From: Neoechinorhynchus agilis
Lineage: Eukaryota; Animalia; Acanthocephala
Assembly (NCBI GenBank): GCA_051530055.1
Contig: CM121342.1
Location: forward strand, 4,773,489 to 4,837,488
Direction of reading: 5' to 3'
DNA length: 64,000 bases
Of the stretch, positions 45,930 to 57,020 are shown piece after piece. Each line of letters begins with the position of its first letter. Position 1 is the stretch's first letter. A program made the position numbers and the translations under genes. Under the pieces are notes generated by a model. It saw only the letters and a list, made by a program, of their open reading frames with translations. It was not told the DNA's origin and searched no databases.

Positions 45930-48664
45930 TTATTTACAAAAGACACGTTTCGAACTTCTTGGGGTGAGGTTCGAAACGTGTCTTTTGTAAACAAAAAAAA
46001 CACTATCACAATAATATAAAACAAAGTTTTTGTAGAAACCTTTTGACTTAGTTGCATACAATATCCGGCTAAGACATTGGACACACTGTCTATCAGTGTC
46101 CAAGAAGTCGTATTTAAGTCTCTTACTCATTCCTGCTCTCAGATATTTTCTTCTCCAATTGCCGCCTGGATTCGGAATGGCAAGCAGATCGAGTAGTGAA
46201 TTTCTAGAATTGTTACTGTTTCGTCGTAAAAAACGAAGGTTTGGGTTCTTCAAAAGACTATAAGCCAATTGCCAACGAAGTAGTGCGCGGTGTTTCCGTT
46301 TTGACGTGGAATCCATTCTTTTATGAATTTGAACGTTTGATTGAATCAAATATACAAATGCGACAAGTACAGGATGGGCATTGTGGATTTCCATGTGAAT
46401 GTAGGAAACGTAAGCTGCAAAAGGGCGATCGAGTTTCTCGAAATTACGTCCCATAAAACTATAATCGATACGAGCCATGAATACGAGCGATATAAATACG
46501 GATTTATATTTGGTTGGGTCTTTGTAAAGATGAGAAAAAAAGCAACAACAAAAGACCCTTCCAAGTGCATAATAAGACGACTTATACAGGAGACTAATCC
46601 AACAAAGCAATCAATAAAGAACATAAAGTAACCTATTGAAGCGAATAGTTTTGGTCTAATCAGAGTATCGTTTGACACGAACAACTTTTTACTCGCTGAA
46701 TTGATTAGACATATTTTGGTTACATGAACGAAAACGAACGGAAGTGCAAATAAGAACGCTTTTACCAAATGCTGAAATCCGACCTTAGACCATTGTTCAA
46801 TGAACGTAATTAGACTGAAGGAACATACGAAAAGAATTATATGAGCCCACGAAGCGTATCCGACCAAGTATCCTGAGAAATGAAGTGAATTCGCAACCAC
46901 TTCGTGACTTTTAAAATTGTGGTAGGGTGGTATTTCGGTGTAGATTCCTTTATATGCATCATGGAGATGTCTTCGAAGAGTTCGATGGCTCATTACTATT
47001 TGAGTGAAACTGTACACTATTGAAGTGATTGAACATAACAGGAGTTTGACATAAAGACTGTAGTGGCTTTGCGGAAAGTAAGTGGATATAAAGACGCTAA
47101 GACGACTTGTAAGACAGATGACAAGGGTTGCCACGATCGCATATGACCCAATTACCTGATCCGTTAAGACTATCTTATCTTTAGTCGATTGCTTTGATCT
47201 TAGAAGTCGTTTCGTATAGTCCAATTCCGGCTTTACCATGTTAGTCGGTGAATCTTTTCCGACTATGAGGCGAATGAGAAAGTGAGAAATCACATAGGAC
47301 AGAAGAGAAAAATGAAGCATGTTCATCAACAAGTTCTTTAATATTCTAGATCGCTTTGATGGTGATGCGAACTTTAAATGTAAAACCAGCATCGAACTAT
47401 TGGGACATAGAGAGTTTGAAAGCAGAAAAATATCGAAGCAGGTTTTTATTGAAGCTACCGGGGAATGTGATTATTGGAAGAAGTCTACAAACGGTTTGTT
47501 ATAGACGCAACAAAAAGGAAATTATTTGCACGGATGTGAAGACTTGTGTCCATAATAATTGCAAAGCGTCAATCAAATTTGTTGAATCAAAATAACTAGC
47601 GATCATTTCTATAGTTTGAATCTCAACTTTCTGCATCAACAGAAAGCAAGCCACAAATCTCGAATCCAAATATTGGGATGACTAGGTTTGATTGAAAGAA
47701 AAAGTCCTGATAAGAAAAGAATTTTTTTCTTCCGATCGACTAAGATGACATCAAAAAAGGCTTGATTTGATTCATTTTTAAAAAATTATCATTTGTTTTA
47801 TGTAATAGAAGAACAATTTACCAAAAAAAACCTGCTTCCACTAAACCCGTCCAATATGGAATAGAGAAGGATAATGACCTGAACAGTTGTTTGACCAGAG
47901 CACAGTCCACTTAATTGTGGAAACCTGCGCAAACCAATTAGAAGTACAAGGAAGACTTTTCGGAGGATATCAAGAATTATCCCGTTCCTGGATTCGATAT
48001 TGTGTTTGAAAATTAATTCTTCAATTATACAAACGGTTTCGTTGGCCATTAAAGCATATATTGCTGCGTTGATGTACGTATTTTTTCTTGAGAAAGGGCT
48101 TAATACATTTACATCGAGTACTTTTCTGAACGATCGACGTTGTCCATTATTTTTTTCAAGATGACCAATTGCGATTGAACATAATAAGGAAATGGGAAGA
48201 AATGCAACGTTCTGCCATTTGTAGTTAGTAAATAGTCCGCATTCTTCATCTCTTTTTGTCCGTGAACCTGTCGTTTTTGTGATAGTGTAATTTTGAATGA
48301 ACACGGATATTAAAAGCAGAATGAGCAGAATGCTGAAAGTAGCGAGGCTTGTTACCAGAGAACGCGTTGTCCATTTTGATACCGTATGTAACGCTTTATC
48401 ATAGCTCAGAAATGAATACGATTTGATAGGAAACTCTTCAGAGATCGTTTTCCGATTTAAGTTTGTCTCTCGGTGTAACCAATAGGAAGTCAAGGATGAT
48501 CGTTGATGAATTGCGCATTTATTATGGTTTCTTAATAACAAAATGATATTGATGAAAGTAGAATAAAGAACTTACCGGGGATTACAGTAGAAGCATGTAG
48601 ATAATTTAACCTTGCGATTTATTAGATATGGTCTGATAAGGTGACATAGAATACAGATAGCCAT
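45930..48664 (-). CDS. STRA6: STRA6/RBPR2-like multi-pass membrane protein, at least 4 exons
   Basis: SPFSRKNTYINAAIYALMA, HFSGYLVGYASWAHII, FVFMARIDYS...LDRPFAAYVS, HPVLVAF, RWQLAYSLLKNPNL are STRA6-family motifs. Confidence 0.8.
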
Positions 48665-48849
48665 AATTATCAAGATCACGATTATTTGAGCGTTGTGGCT
48701 ACCAACTAAGGATTATGTGGAGCATAAATTTGGGGAAAAAACCCGCCGCATTTCGAGGTCAAATGATGTTTACATTGATAGAAATAGGAAAGATCGATTT
48801 AAAAATGCAACGGTGGAGGTCGATTTAGCCGTTTAAAAAATCAATTAAA

Positions 48850-50100
48850 TCGAAATTTTTGCGCTGTTCCTTTTAAAAATACTCAATGGTACGAGAAAAA
48901 AAGAGCCTATTTCACAACGACAGACAACACTTAATCGTCTCACGATTCCCTTGTTTGTGTTATTAATGGTACTTTACAGTCTGTTGGTTAGGCACTTCTC
49001 AAGATGACAAGTGCTTGTCACATGTTTCACTCAACTTACTTCGATCACATTTCTCTCCTATTCTTAGCCAATTGCATTCGCATCGATAAGCAAATCGAGT
49101 GTTGATACATGTTCCATACGGTCTGCAAGTGTTTGCTTTACAGTGATTTATCACTTTAAAACGAGTTAGACTTAAATTTGTTCAAAAGGAACTTACTTCG
49201 TTCGCAAATGAAACTTGCAGATTCATCGCAATGACCAACTGTCAGGCAAAGACGGGCACGTTTCTCACGTTCAAGTCGACCGCATAAGTTTTTACGGTTT
49301 CGATGAGGCAAAAACCGATCGCAAAGGTCCGAATGTGTAAAATAACGAAACTGATCAAGCCTCTCCCCAGATACCCAGCGCCAACTTTCTATATTTCAAT
49401 AAAAAAAAGGTTAGTAGGAGACATAGAGACTGACCGTTGTTGTATCTGAATCCAACTAACATTGGTCCAACGAGTCCATGTGATAGATTGTGGGCAATAA
49501 AATCGAATTCTGCGTCCTGATCGATTACAACCATTTTAGCTCCTAATTTCTCGCAATAATCAGTAGCTTCAAACCAGTTAAGTTGTGTTTCGGTGAGCCT
49601 GTAACAGGAATTTGAGAATTGTTTCCATGGTGGAGTGCAGTTCACTTTTAAGTTTCGATCATCATCATTGGAGCCTATATACACAGAACTCACCGGCTAA
49701 ATTGATTTCCAGACTGGGTTGAGCGATCAGTAAAACCGGACAGAAGAAGGTCCAGAACATATCGGAACTTGTATATCATGCAAACCCAAACCATCGGCAT
49801 ATGTTTATGATGAGACAAGTCTCAAAATGGAAGTATGTCCAGGACGTCCAGTCCTTGTGTAGGGGACCATTTAGCACACAAATTCCTATACAAACCTGTA
49901 CCTTCGTCTTCCTTATAATTATTATGTGTGGACCACCACGCCTTGATGATCACCATTTCAGATTGTCTAAAGCCTATCTCGATGGAAATGCCTCTTAGAG
50001 GAACCTAAACTTATCGCACAATAGATGTCTGCATTGTCATGTGCAGTGAAAGACTGAAATTCACTCCAGATGAGAAACTGTACACTTAGTCCGCTCTACA
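48850..50100 (-). CDS. Extracellular multidomain protein: Link-like module + C-type lectin + EGF
   Basis: YADG...VPICSGPSSVRFY (Link-like), CTPPWKQFSNSCY...WFEATDYCEKLGAKMV...WRWVSG...C...FICE (CTLD), CRPYGTCINTRFAYRCEC...GEKC (EGF); GT-AG intron with CTAAC branch; exon structure incomplete. Confidence 0.6.
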
Positions 50101-50549
50101 AATAGAATCAAGTTCAGAGTCACGCCAAAAAACGTGAATTTCCAAGAAAAAAAACGTCAATGTACAACAAAAACCCTTCTTGGTCTCATGAAAACACAAA
50201 TCGTAACGGAAAAGTTCGGCTTGTGACTAGAAAAGGCGCACGTTATCAAAAAAATCGTCGTGATGTTCAATAGAAAATCAAGCGATAGGCACGTTGGAAA
50301 GTTTCATCAAAAATTAAAGTAATCGAAAGCATAGTCCAAAGAACTTACAATTTATCGAGGAAATATTCTCTTGTTATCTGCATTCTTATTTGTTTTCAAA
50401 AAAATATTTCTTTAGTCGACTCTTTAACACGTTATCGGTTAATGTATTTTTCAGTTTTGTTGTTGTTGATTAAATACACGTTTTGAAAGCCACACTTTCG
50501 GAAAAAAACACGAGATGATAAAGCCAGATTGCACCAACGCGCGCGCGCA

Positions 50550-50700
50550 CGCGTGCACGCCAAATAAGAATATGATTGGTTGTTTGCTTATAAGCGAATA
50601 AGGATCGTACTCTGATTGGTTAAGTATATTTCCGTGTAAGCCTCGAGTTTATTGAATAAATTATCTCTCTCGTACTCTGATTGGTTAGGTTCATTTTCGT
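50550..50700. promoter_or_regulatory. CpG-rich tract plus three CCAAT boxes in divergent intergenic region
   Basis: CGCGCGCGCGCACGCGTGCACGC; TGATTGGTT x3 including a direct repeat CGTACTCTGATTGGTTA; lies between the divergent lectin and Jun genes. Confidence 0.35.
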
Positions 50701-51660
50701 GAAAGTCCCGAGTTCATGGCTAAAATTATTTTTGGAGAAAAAAGTATGCCAATGTGTCACATATGACACTTCATTTTTCTTGGTTGAATCAATTATTTTT
50801 GTTTAAAAAGGTGGAGAAAAAGAGTGACACATATGATTGGAATTGTTCAAGAGCACACAAACAATGAGTATACACACACACATTAAAAAGTGTGTGGGCT
50901 CTCTGTAAGTTTTAGCCAAAACTAAAACGTCATCATTTTGAAGGGAGGTGAAGCTTTGTAGACTAAAGATGGGGAGGAGGAGAGGGATTTTGTGAGTAGC
51001 GCGCGTGTTTGTCGCCGTAGGAAATTGTGCTAGTGGCATAGAGAACGAGAGGTGGGTTTTAAATGCCAGCAGAACTTTGGACTTCCCCTTTTTTTGGAAA
51101 TGAACTCACATTGTTTCACAATTTGTGCTTTACTTGCCACTCCCCTACCATCGCTGCATGAATCATGCCCGCAACGCACATTTACCTGGAGCAGAGCACA
51201 ATGACTATTAACCCGGCTCCACCCGTCTCCCAGTTCCCCACGTGGTGAACCAAGCTAAATTCACCCGTTATTCTCGAAGCTTTGTGATTCAGAAAATGGT
51301 TGATAATAACACAGCAGCAGCAGCCTCAATTAATAATAGTTCATCCGGACAAAATCATCAAATATTCTCCTCACCCAAATCAACAGCAGCAGCAGCAGCA
51401 GTCAATGACAAACAAAAGTTCTGTAGATCTCAGTCATCCTCATCGTCATCCGATTGCTCATCCTCAAGGCAAAATAATAGGTGCTACATGCTAATGTCAG
51501 AAGCAAACGTCGGCCGATCATCGTTCAACCGACAAAATCAATACGTAGAGGAAAACGGAAGGGTCGAAGCGTTTGGAAGAAATGACAATCAAATGACCGA
51601 TGAGATATTCTTTGATGCCGATCATAAGCAAGAACTCTCAAGGTTTCATTCTAGAGCATT

Positions 51661-52710
51661 TTGTCAAAGCTTTTCGTCCAAATCACCTTATTTGCCCCTT
51701 TGAAAAACTTCGAGAGTACCTGCCATACACGAATGACACAAGCGTCTCCGTTTATAAATGCTAGTGAATGTAAAGGAATCGATGGACTCGACGAGTGCAA
51801 AAAATTCCAACAAAGTCCACAAGATAGTCTCAGTAGAATTCTAAGAGGTTCATACGACCATCATCATCCAATGCAACAACACCACCACTTTGAGTTCAAT
51901 CAACAGTCACCGTTTGATCTTCCTTCCCAGCCGCAGAGTCATCATCAACACCACCACCACCAAAGGTACATGATAATTCCGCTCACGTCTCAATCAAATA
52001 CACATCAACAGCAACAAGAACGGTACATTCCAGACCTTTTAAATCATCATCATCATACAATGCAGCAGCAACAAAGGACACACCAAAGCATATTTAGCCA
52101 CCAGGCTACTTTTTCTAATTTAACTCCAGATTCCTCAGGCGGATCTTCTGATCCCAACTCGATGGAGTTATTTTCAGGACGAAAATCGATGTTTGGCCCA
52201 AGGAAATCAGTAAAATCGGAACCTGATCAAATGTTTCCAACACACGAGCTATCAGAGGTGGAGAAGAGTAAAATCGAGCGGAAACGTGAGCGAAACCGGA
52301 TAGCGGCTCGGAAATGTAGAACTCGTAAGCTCGAGCGAATTGCTGAGCTGGAGAAACGAGTAGCAGAGTTATCGCTGGAAAATGAACAACTCAGTGCAAA
52401 CGCTGTAGCTCTTAAGAACTATGTACAAGAATTGCACCGACTTGTGCTAGAACATCGCCGATCAGGTTGCGTATTGATTAGAGGCAATCAAGTGGCGATC
52501 AATTGGGATCCCGAGGATGAGCACTGCGCCAATGGCCACCCACCGGGATGTCATATCCACAATAATCACAGGGAAAGCATCCACATGATGAGTGGTAATG
52601 TCCGAGGTGGCGATGGCTTAGTAATTAATGAAATGCAGATCGATGGAGATCAAGGCCATGGTGGTAAAATGGGCATCGGGCAGGATAATGTGGGCAGTAT
52701 AACCACATAG
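51661..52710 (+). CDS. JUN: Jun-family bZIP transcription factor (5-prime end uncertain)
   Basis: KIERKRERNRIAARKCRTRKLERIAELE...VLEHRRSGC matches the Jun basic region and zipper. Confidence 0.88.
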   Translation: MSKLFVQITLFAPLKNFESTCHTRMTQASPFINASECKGIDGLDECKKFQQSPQDSLSRILRGSYDHHHPMQQHHHFEFNQQSPFDLPSQPQSHHQHHHHQRYMIIPLTSQSNTHQQQQERYIPDLLNHHHHTMQQQQRTHQSIFSHQATFSNLTPDSSGGSSDPNSMELFSGRKSMFGPRKSVKSEPDQMFPTHELSEVEKSKIERKRERNRIAARKCRTRKLERIAELEKRVAELSLENEQLSANAVALKNYVQELHRLVLEHRRSGCVLIRGNQVAINWDPEDEHCANGHPPGCHIHNNHRESIHMMSGNVRGGDGLVINEMQIDGDQGHGGKMGIGQDNVGSITT

Positions 52711-52839
52711 ATATGTAAAACGTTTTAAAAAGGTGTGTGTAGTATTGAACTCTTCACGAGCGCTCTCATACACAATAATATTCGTTTCTATGTGTGGTTT
52801 TTTCGGGGAAGATTGAGCGAAGAAACGTCTGAAAAATCA

Positions 52840-54806
52840 GAGGAGGAGGAGGTATCGAGTTATAAGATTAGAAGAATTATTCCTTAGAAGTCTTCATCCC
52901 GTAAAAAACGGTGAAATAGTTATTCTGCCCTTTTGATGAGGTTCAAAGTTTATAATAGAAATTCAGATTAACTTTTTGAAAAAATGACTTATTATCTTCT
53001 CAATGTTGAGGAGGAGGAGGTATCGAGTTATAAGATTAGAAGAATTATTCCTTAGAAGTCTTCATCCCGTAAAAAACGGTGAAATAGTTATTCTGCCTTT
53101 TTGATGAGGTTCAAAGTTTCTAATAATAGAAATTCAGAGATTAACTTTTTGAAAAAATGACTTATTATCTTCTCAATGTTGAGGAGGAGGAGGTATCGAG
53201 TTATAAGATTAGAAGAATTATTCCTTAGAAGTCTTCATCCCGTAAAAAACGGTGAAATAGTTATTCTGCCCTTTTGATGAGGTTCAAAGTTTCTAATAAT
53301 AAAATTCAGAGAACTTTTTGAAAAAATGACTTATTATCTTCTCAATGTTGAGGAGGAGGAGGTATCGAGTTATAAGATTAGAAGAATTATTCCTTAGAAG
53401 TCTTCATCCCGTAAAAAACGGTGAAATAGTTATTCTGCCCTTTTGATGAGGTTCAAAGTTTCTAATAATCAAAATTCAGAGATTAACTTTTTGAAAAAAT
53501 GACTTATTATCTTCTCAATGTTGAGGAGGAGGAGGTATCGAGTTATAAGATTAGAAGAATTATTCCTTAGAAGTCTTCATCCCGTAAAAAACGGTGAAAT
53601 AGTTATTCTGCCCTTTTGATGAGTTCCAAAGTTTCTAATAATAGAAATTCCGAGATTAACTTTTTTGAAAAAATGACTTATTATCTTCTCAATGTTGAGG
53701 AGGAGGAGGTATCGAGTTATAAGATTAGAAGAATTATTCCTTAGAAGTCTTCATCCCGTAAAAAACGGTGAAATAGTTATTCTGCCTTTTGATAGGTTCA
53801 AAGTTTCTAATAATAAAAATTCAGAGATTAACTTTGAAAAAATGACTTATTATCTTCCAATGTTGAGGAGGAGGAGGTATCGAGTATAAGATTAGAAGAA
53901 TTATTCCTTAGAAGTCTTCATCCCGTAAAAACGGTGAAATAGTTATTCTGCCTTTGATGAGGTTCAAAGTTTCTAATAATAGAAATTCAGAGATTAACTT
54001 TTTGAAAAAATGACTTATTATCTTCTCAATGTTGAGGAGGAGGAGGTATCGAGTTATAAGATTAGAAGAATTATTCCTTAGAAGTCTTCATCCCGTAAAA
54101 AACGGTGAAATAGTTATTCTGCCTTTTTGATGAGGTTCAAAGTTTCTAATAATAGAAATTCAGAGATTAACTTTTTGAAAAAATGACTTATTATCTTCTC
54201 AATGTTGAGGAGGAGGAGGTATCGAGTTATAAGATTAGAAGAATTATTCCTTAGAAGTCTTCATCCCGTAAAAAACGGTGAAATAGTTATTCTGCCTTTT
54301 TGATGAGGTTCAAAGTTTCTAATAATAGAAATTCAGAGATTAACTTTTTGAAAAAATGACTTATTATCTTCTCAATGTTGAGGAGGAGGAGGTATCGAGT
54401 TATAAGATTAGAAGAATTATTCCTTAGAAGTCTTCATCCCGTAAAAAACGGTGAAATAGTTATTCTGCCTTTTGATGAGGTTCAAAGTTTCTAATAATAG
54501 AAATTCAAGATTAACTTTTTGAAAAAATGACTTATTATCTTCTCAATGTTGAGGAGGAGGAGGTATCGAGTTATAAGATTAGAAGAATTATTCCTTAGAA
54601 GTCTTCATCCCGTAAAAAACGGTGAAATAGTTATTCTGCCTTTTTGATGAGGTTCAAAGTTTCTAATAATAGAAATTCAGAGATTAACTTTTTGAAAAAA
54701 TGACTTATTATCTTCTCAATGTTGAGGAGGAGGAGGTATCGAGTTATAAGATTAGAAGAATTATTCCTTAGAAGTCTTCATCCCGTAAAAAACGGTGAAA
54801 TAGTTT
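52840..54806. repeat. Satellite array, ~173-bp unit x ~11.5
   Basis: GGTATCGAGT at 52851, 53019, 53192, 53361, 53534, 53708 ... 54735. Confidence 0.96.
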
Positions 54807-55089
54807 TGGAATTTGCGCTCTCTCTCGATCAGCCGACGTATTTAATTAAATAGTTCGTAAAGTGAACTCATAAGAGAAGAAAGTGCCATTAAACTCACAA
54901 ATAAGAACAACCAAGCAGACTTACCAGTATTTCGACAGTTTTTTACACAAAGACGCATGAAAATCTGAACCAATAGTATTCAGGCGAAACCCTTTTTTGA
55001 TTCTTCCGTGTCAACCTTTAAATCTGGAAGAACATTGAAATGATGTATTTTTGTGTTTGTCCCGAGTAATACATAAGAGCAATCCAGAT

Positions 55090-55800
55090 CGTGTGGACGA
55101 GACAAACTATTTTGAGGTTACAGTTGGATTGCATCCGGTATGGGCCCTCAGTCCGTTTCTATTCTTCACGAGGGTTCTAAGCAAGTCGCCCGGAAGCCTC
55201 CGTGGACATTATTGTTCGCTGATGACTTGATTGTGACAGTTGAAACACCTGAAGAGGCTCAGCGAAGTCTGGAAGGGAGCACTGGAAGCCAACGGTCTTA
55301 AAGTAAACAGGTTGAAGACGATATGCATGGGACCGGAAGCGCTAAAGTTAGAAGAAGGTGTGGATTTGACGATTAGAAGAACAGTGAAATATCTAGGCAG
55401 CGAAGTAAATATGACAAATTCCATCGAAACCGAAATAATTGATCGTATACAAAGCGGGTGGCTCAATTGGAGGAAGATGTCTAGTGTACTACGCGACCAT
55501 AGGATCTCACCGAAACTGAAAGGGCTGGTGTCCGACACCTTGGTGCAACCAGCCATGTTATATGGCGCAGAAACGTTGACGACCAAACAAAACGACCTCA
55601 GAAGATTAGAAACGAATGAGATGGGCAGCAGGGTCAGGGAGCAGTTCGGCACTTGCCACTGTTCAGAGTTGATCGTCCAAAGAAGGTTGCGCTGACATGA
55701 TAAAGTTTCGAAGTGTGAAACAGATCACATAGTGCGCAGCATTGGGAGACTGGAAATAACGGAAAATCGCCAACGAGGAAACGATAGGTGGATTGCATCA
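55090..55800 (+). mobile_element. Decayed RTE-clade non-LTR retrotransposon, RT C-terminal half with frameshifts
   Basis: PWTLLFADD, GLKVNRLKT, VKYLGS, RIQSGWLNWRK, PAMLYGAETL. Confidence 0.85.
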
Positions 55801-57020
55801 AACAAAATAAATTGCTTGTCGAGGGAACCGCAACCTCTCGAGAGAGAGAATGCGTGAGTGAGAAAATGAAGGTGAACTTCTTTTAAAAAGAAAGATTATT
55901 TCCCACCGTCAAAGACAATAGTCCAAGACCATTTCTCTTTCCCAATATTTCGTCCTTTACGCGTGGGACTTCCCGTCGTTTTCCGAAAAATACAAGATTT
56001 TTTGGAAAACAACCCAAAAGAAGAGCCACATAAAGTACGAAATATTGTGAAAGGAAATTAATATCAAGAAGATTTTTCGAGATGGTAAATATTTAATGGC
56101 GGTGAACATACTTCCCCTTGCTAAAGATCCCTCGTTCGAAATATTTCCTAATAATGAAGAGATTTTTAACCGGATTGTCGATCATAGAAAGACATAGAGA
56201 AAATCCTTTTGGGATGATAAAACTTAAATTGTGGTGACGATAATCCCTTTGTTTAAGGGTATTGCATTACTAAAGGCGAGGTTACCACTTTCAAAATATG
56301 CCTCTAATCAATAAAAAAAATACCTTGGTTTATTGTCTTCGACGATGGAAAGGATACTTTCTTTTTCTTAATTTTTGTAAGTCCCATTGGGATTTAAGTT
56401 CACTAAATTAATTCAAAACTTTTTTCAACTGTCGATGCGAATCCTGGGGAGGGTTGTAAAACTAAGAAAAGAAATCTTAGCAATTCAAAAGAAATGTTTG
56501 CGGTCATTCATGAACACCCGAGAGGCGGAATCGCGTTAAAAGAGACCAATTTATACTTTGACTCGTCGTATCAGTCATTATTTGTTCTATTGCTTAAAAG
56601 TAGAAATGAATTGTTCTCGGAGGTTTTTTTATGCAACAGTGGAAAATCATTTAAATCTCATTTTGTTTTTATATGGCTTTAAAAATTAAAATTTATTGAC
56701 TTTATTTCGGAGAAGCATAAACTTGTGCGCCTTTCACATATTTAAAAACTTACAAGAAACCTCGATAAAAAAGCGTACACAATTGTGCCTCTCCGAAATC
56801 AATGGGAATTAATAAAAGAAATTTAAAGCCATATAAAAACAAACATTATTTTGTGACTTCTTCTTGTCGTCCGACGAGACTTGGGAAATATTGTGTGAAA
56901 GAAAATTGATAAATTAATCACTATATCACATCAAACAAAGTTCGTAGATTCCTTCAAAATGTGTAAGAATACAAAGTTTTATTTGTCCTATAGTTTCAAG
57001 ATATCAAATCACGTCTCCAT

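Noticed and set aside
49280-49345. Non-canonical intron in the C-type lectin exon
   Set aside because: A simple 1-nt frameshift or assembly error gives a more typical CTLD loop length; the stem is only 6 bp
51242-51703. Stem-closed introns in the Jun 5-prime region
   Set aside because: Jun-like fragments (KQE, HFVKAF) occur in different frames but no unique model could be built
407-54806. ORF-track calls lying inside tandem arrays (e.g. 407-598, 2197-2673, 8550-9066, 26536-26799, 35032-36267, 41246-42147, 53692-53889)
   Set aside because: By-products of repeat periodicity with no domain signal
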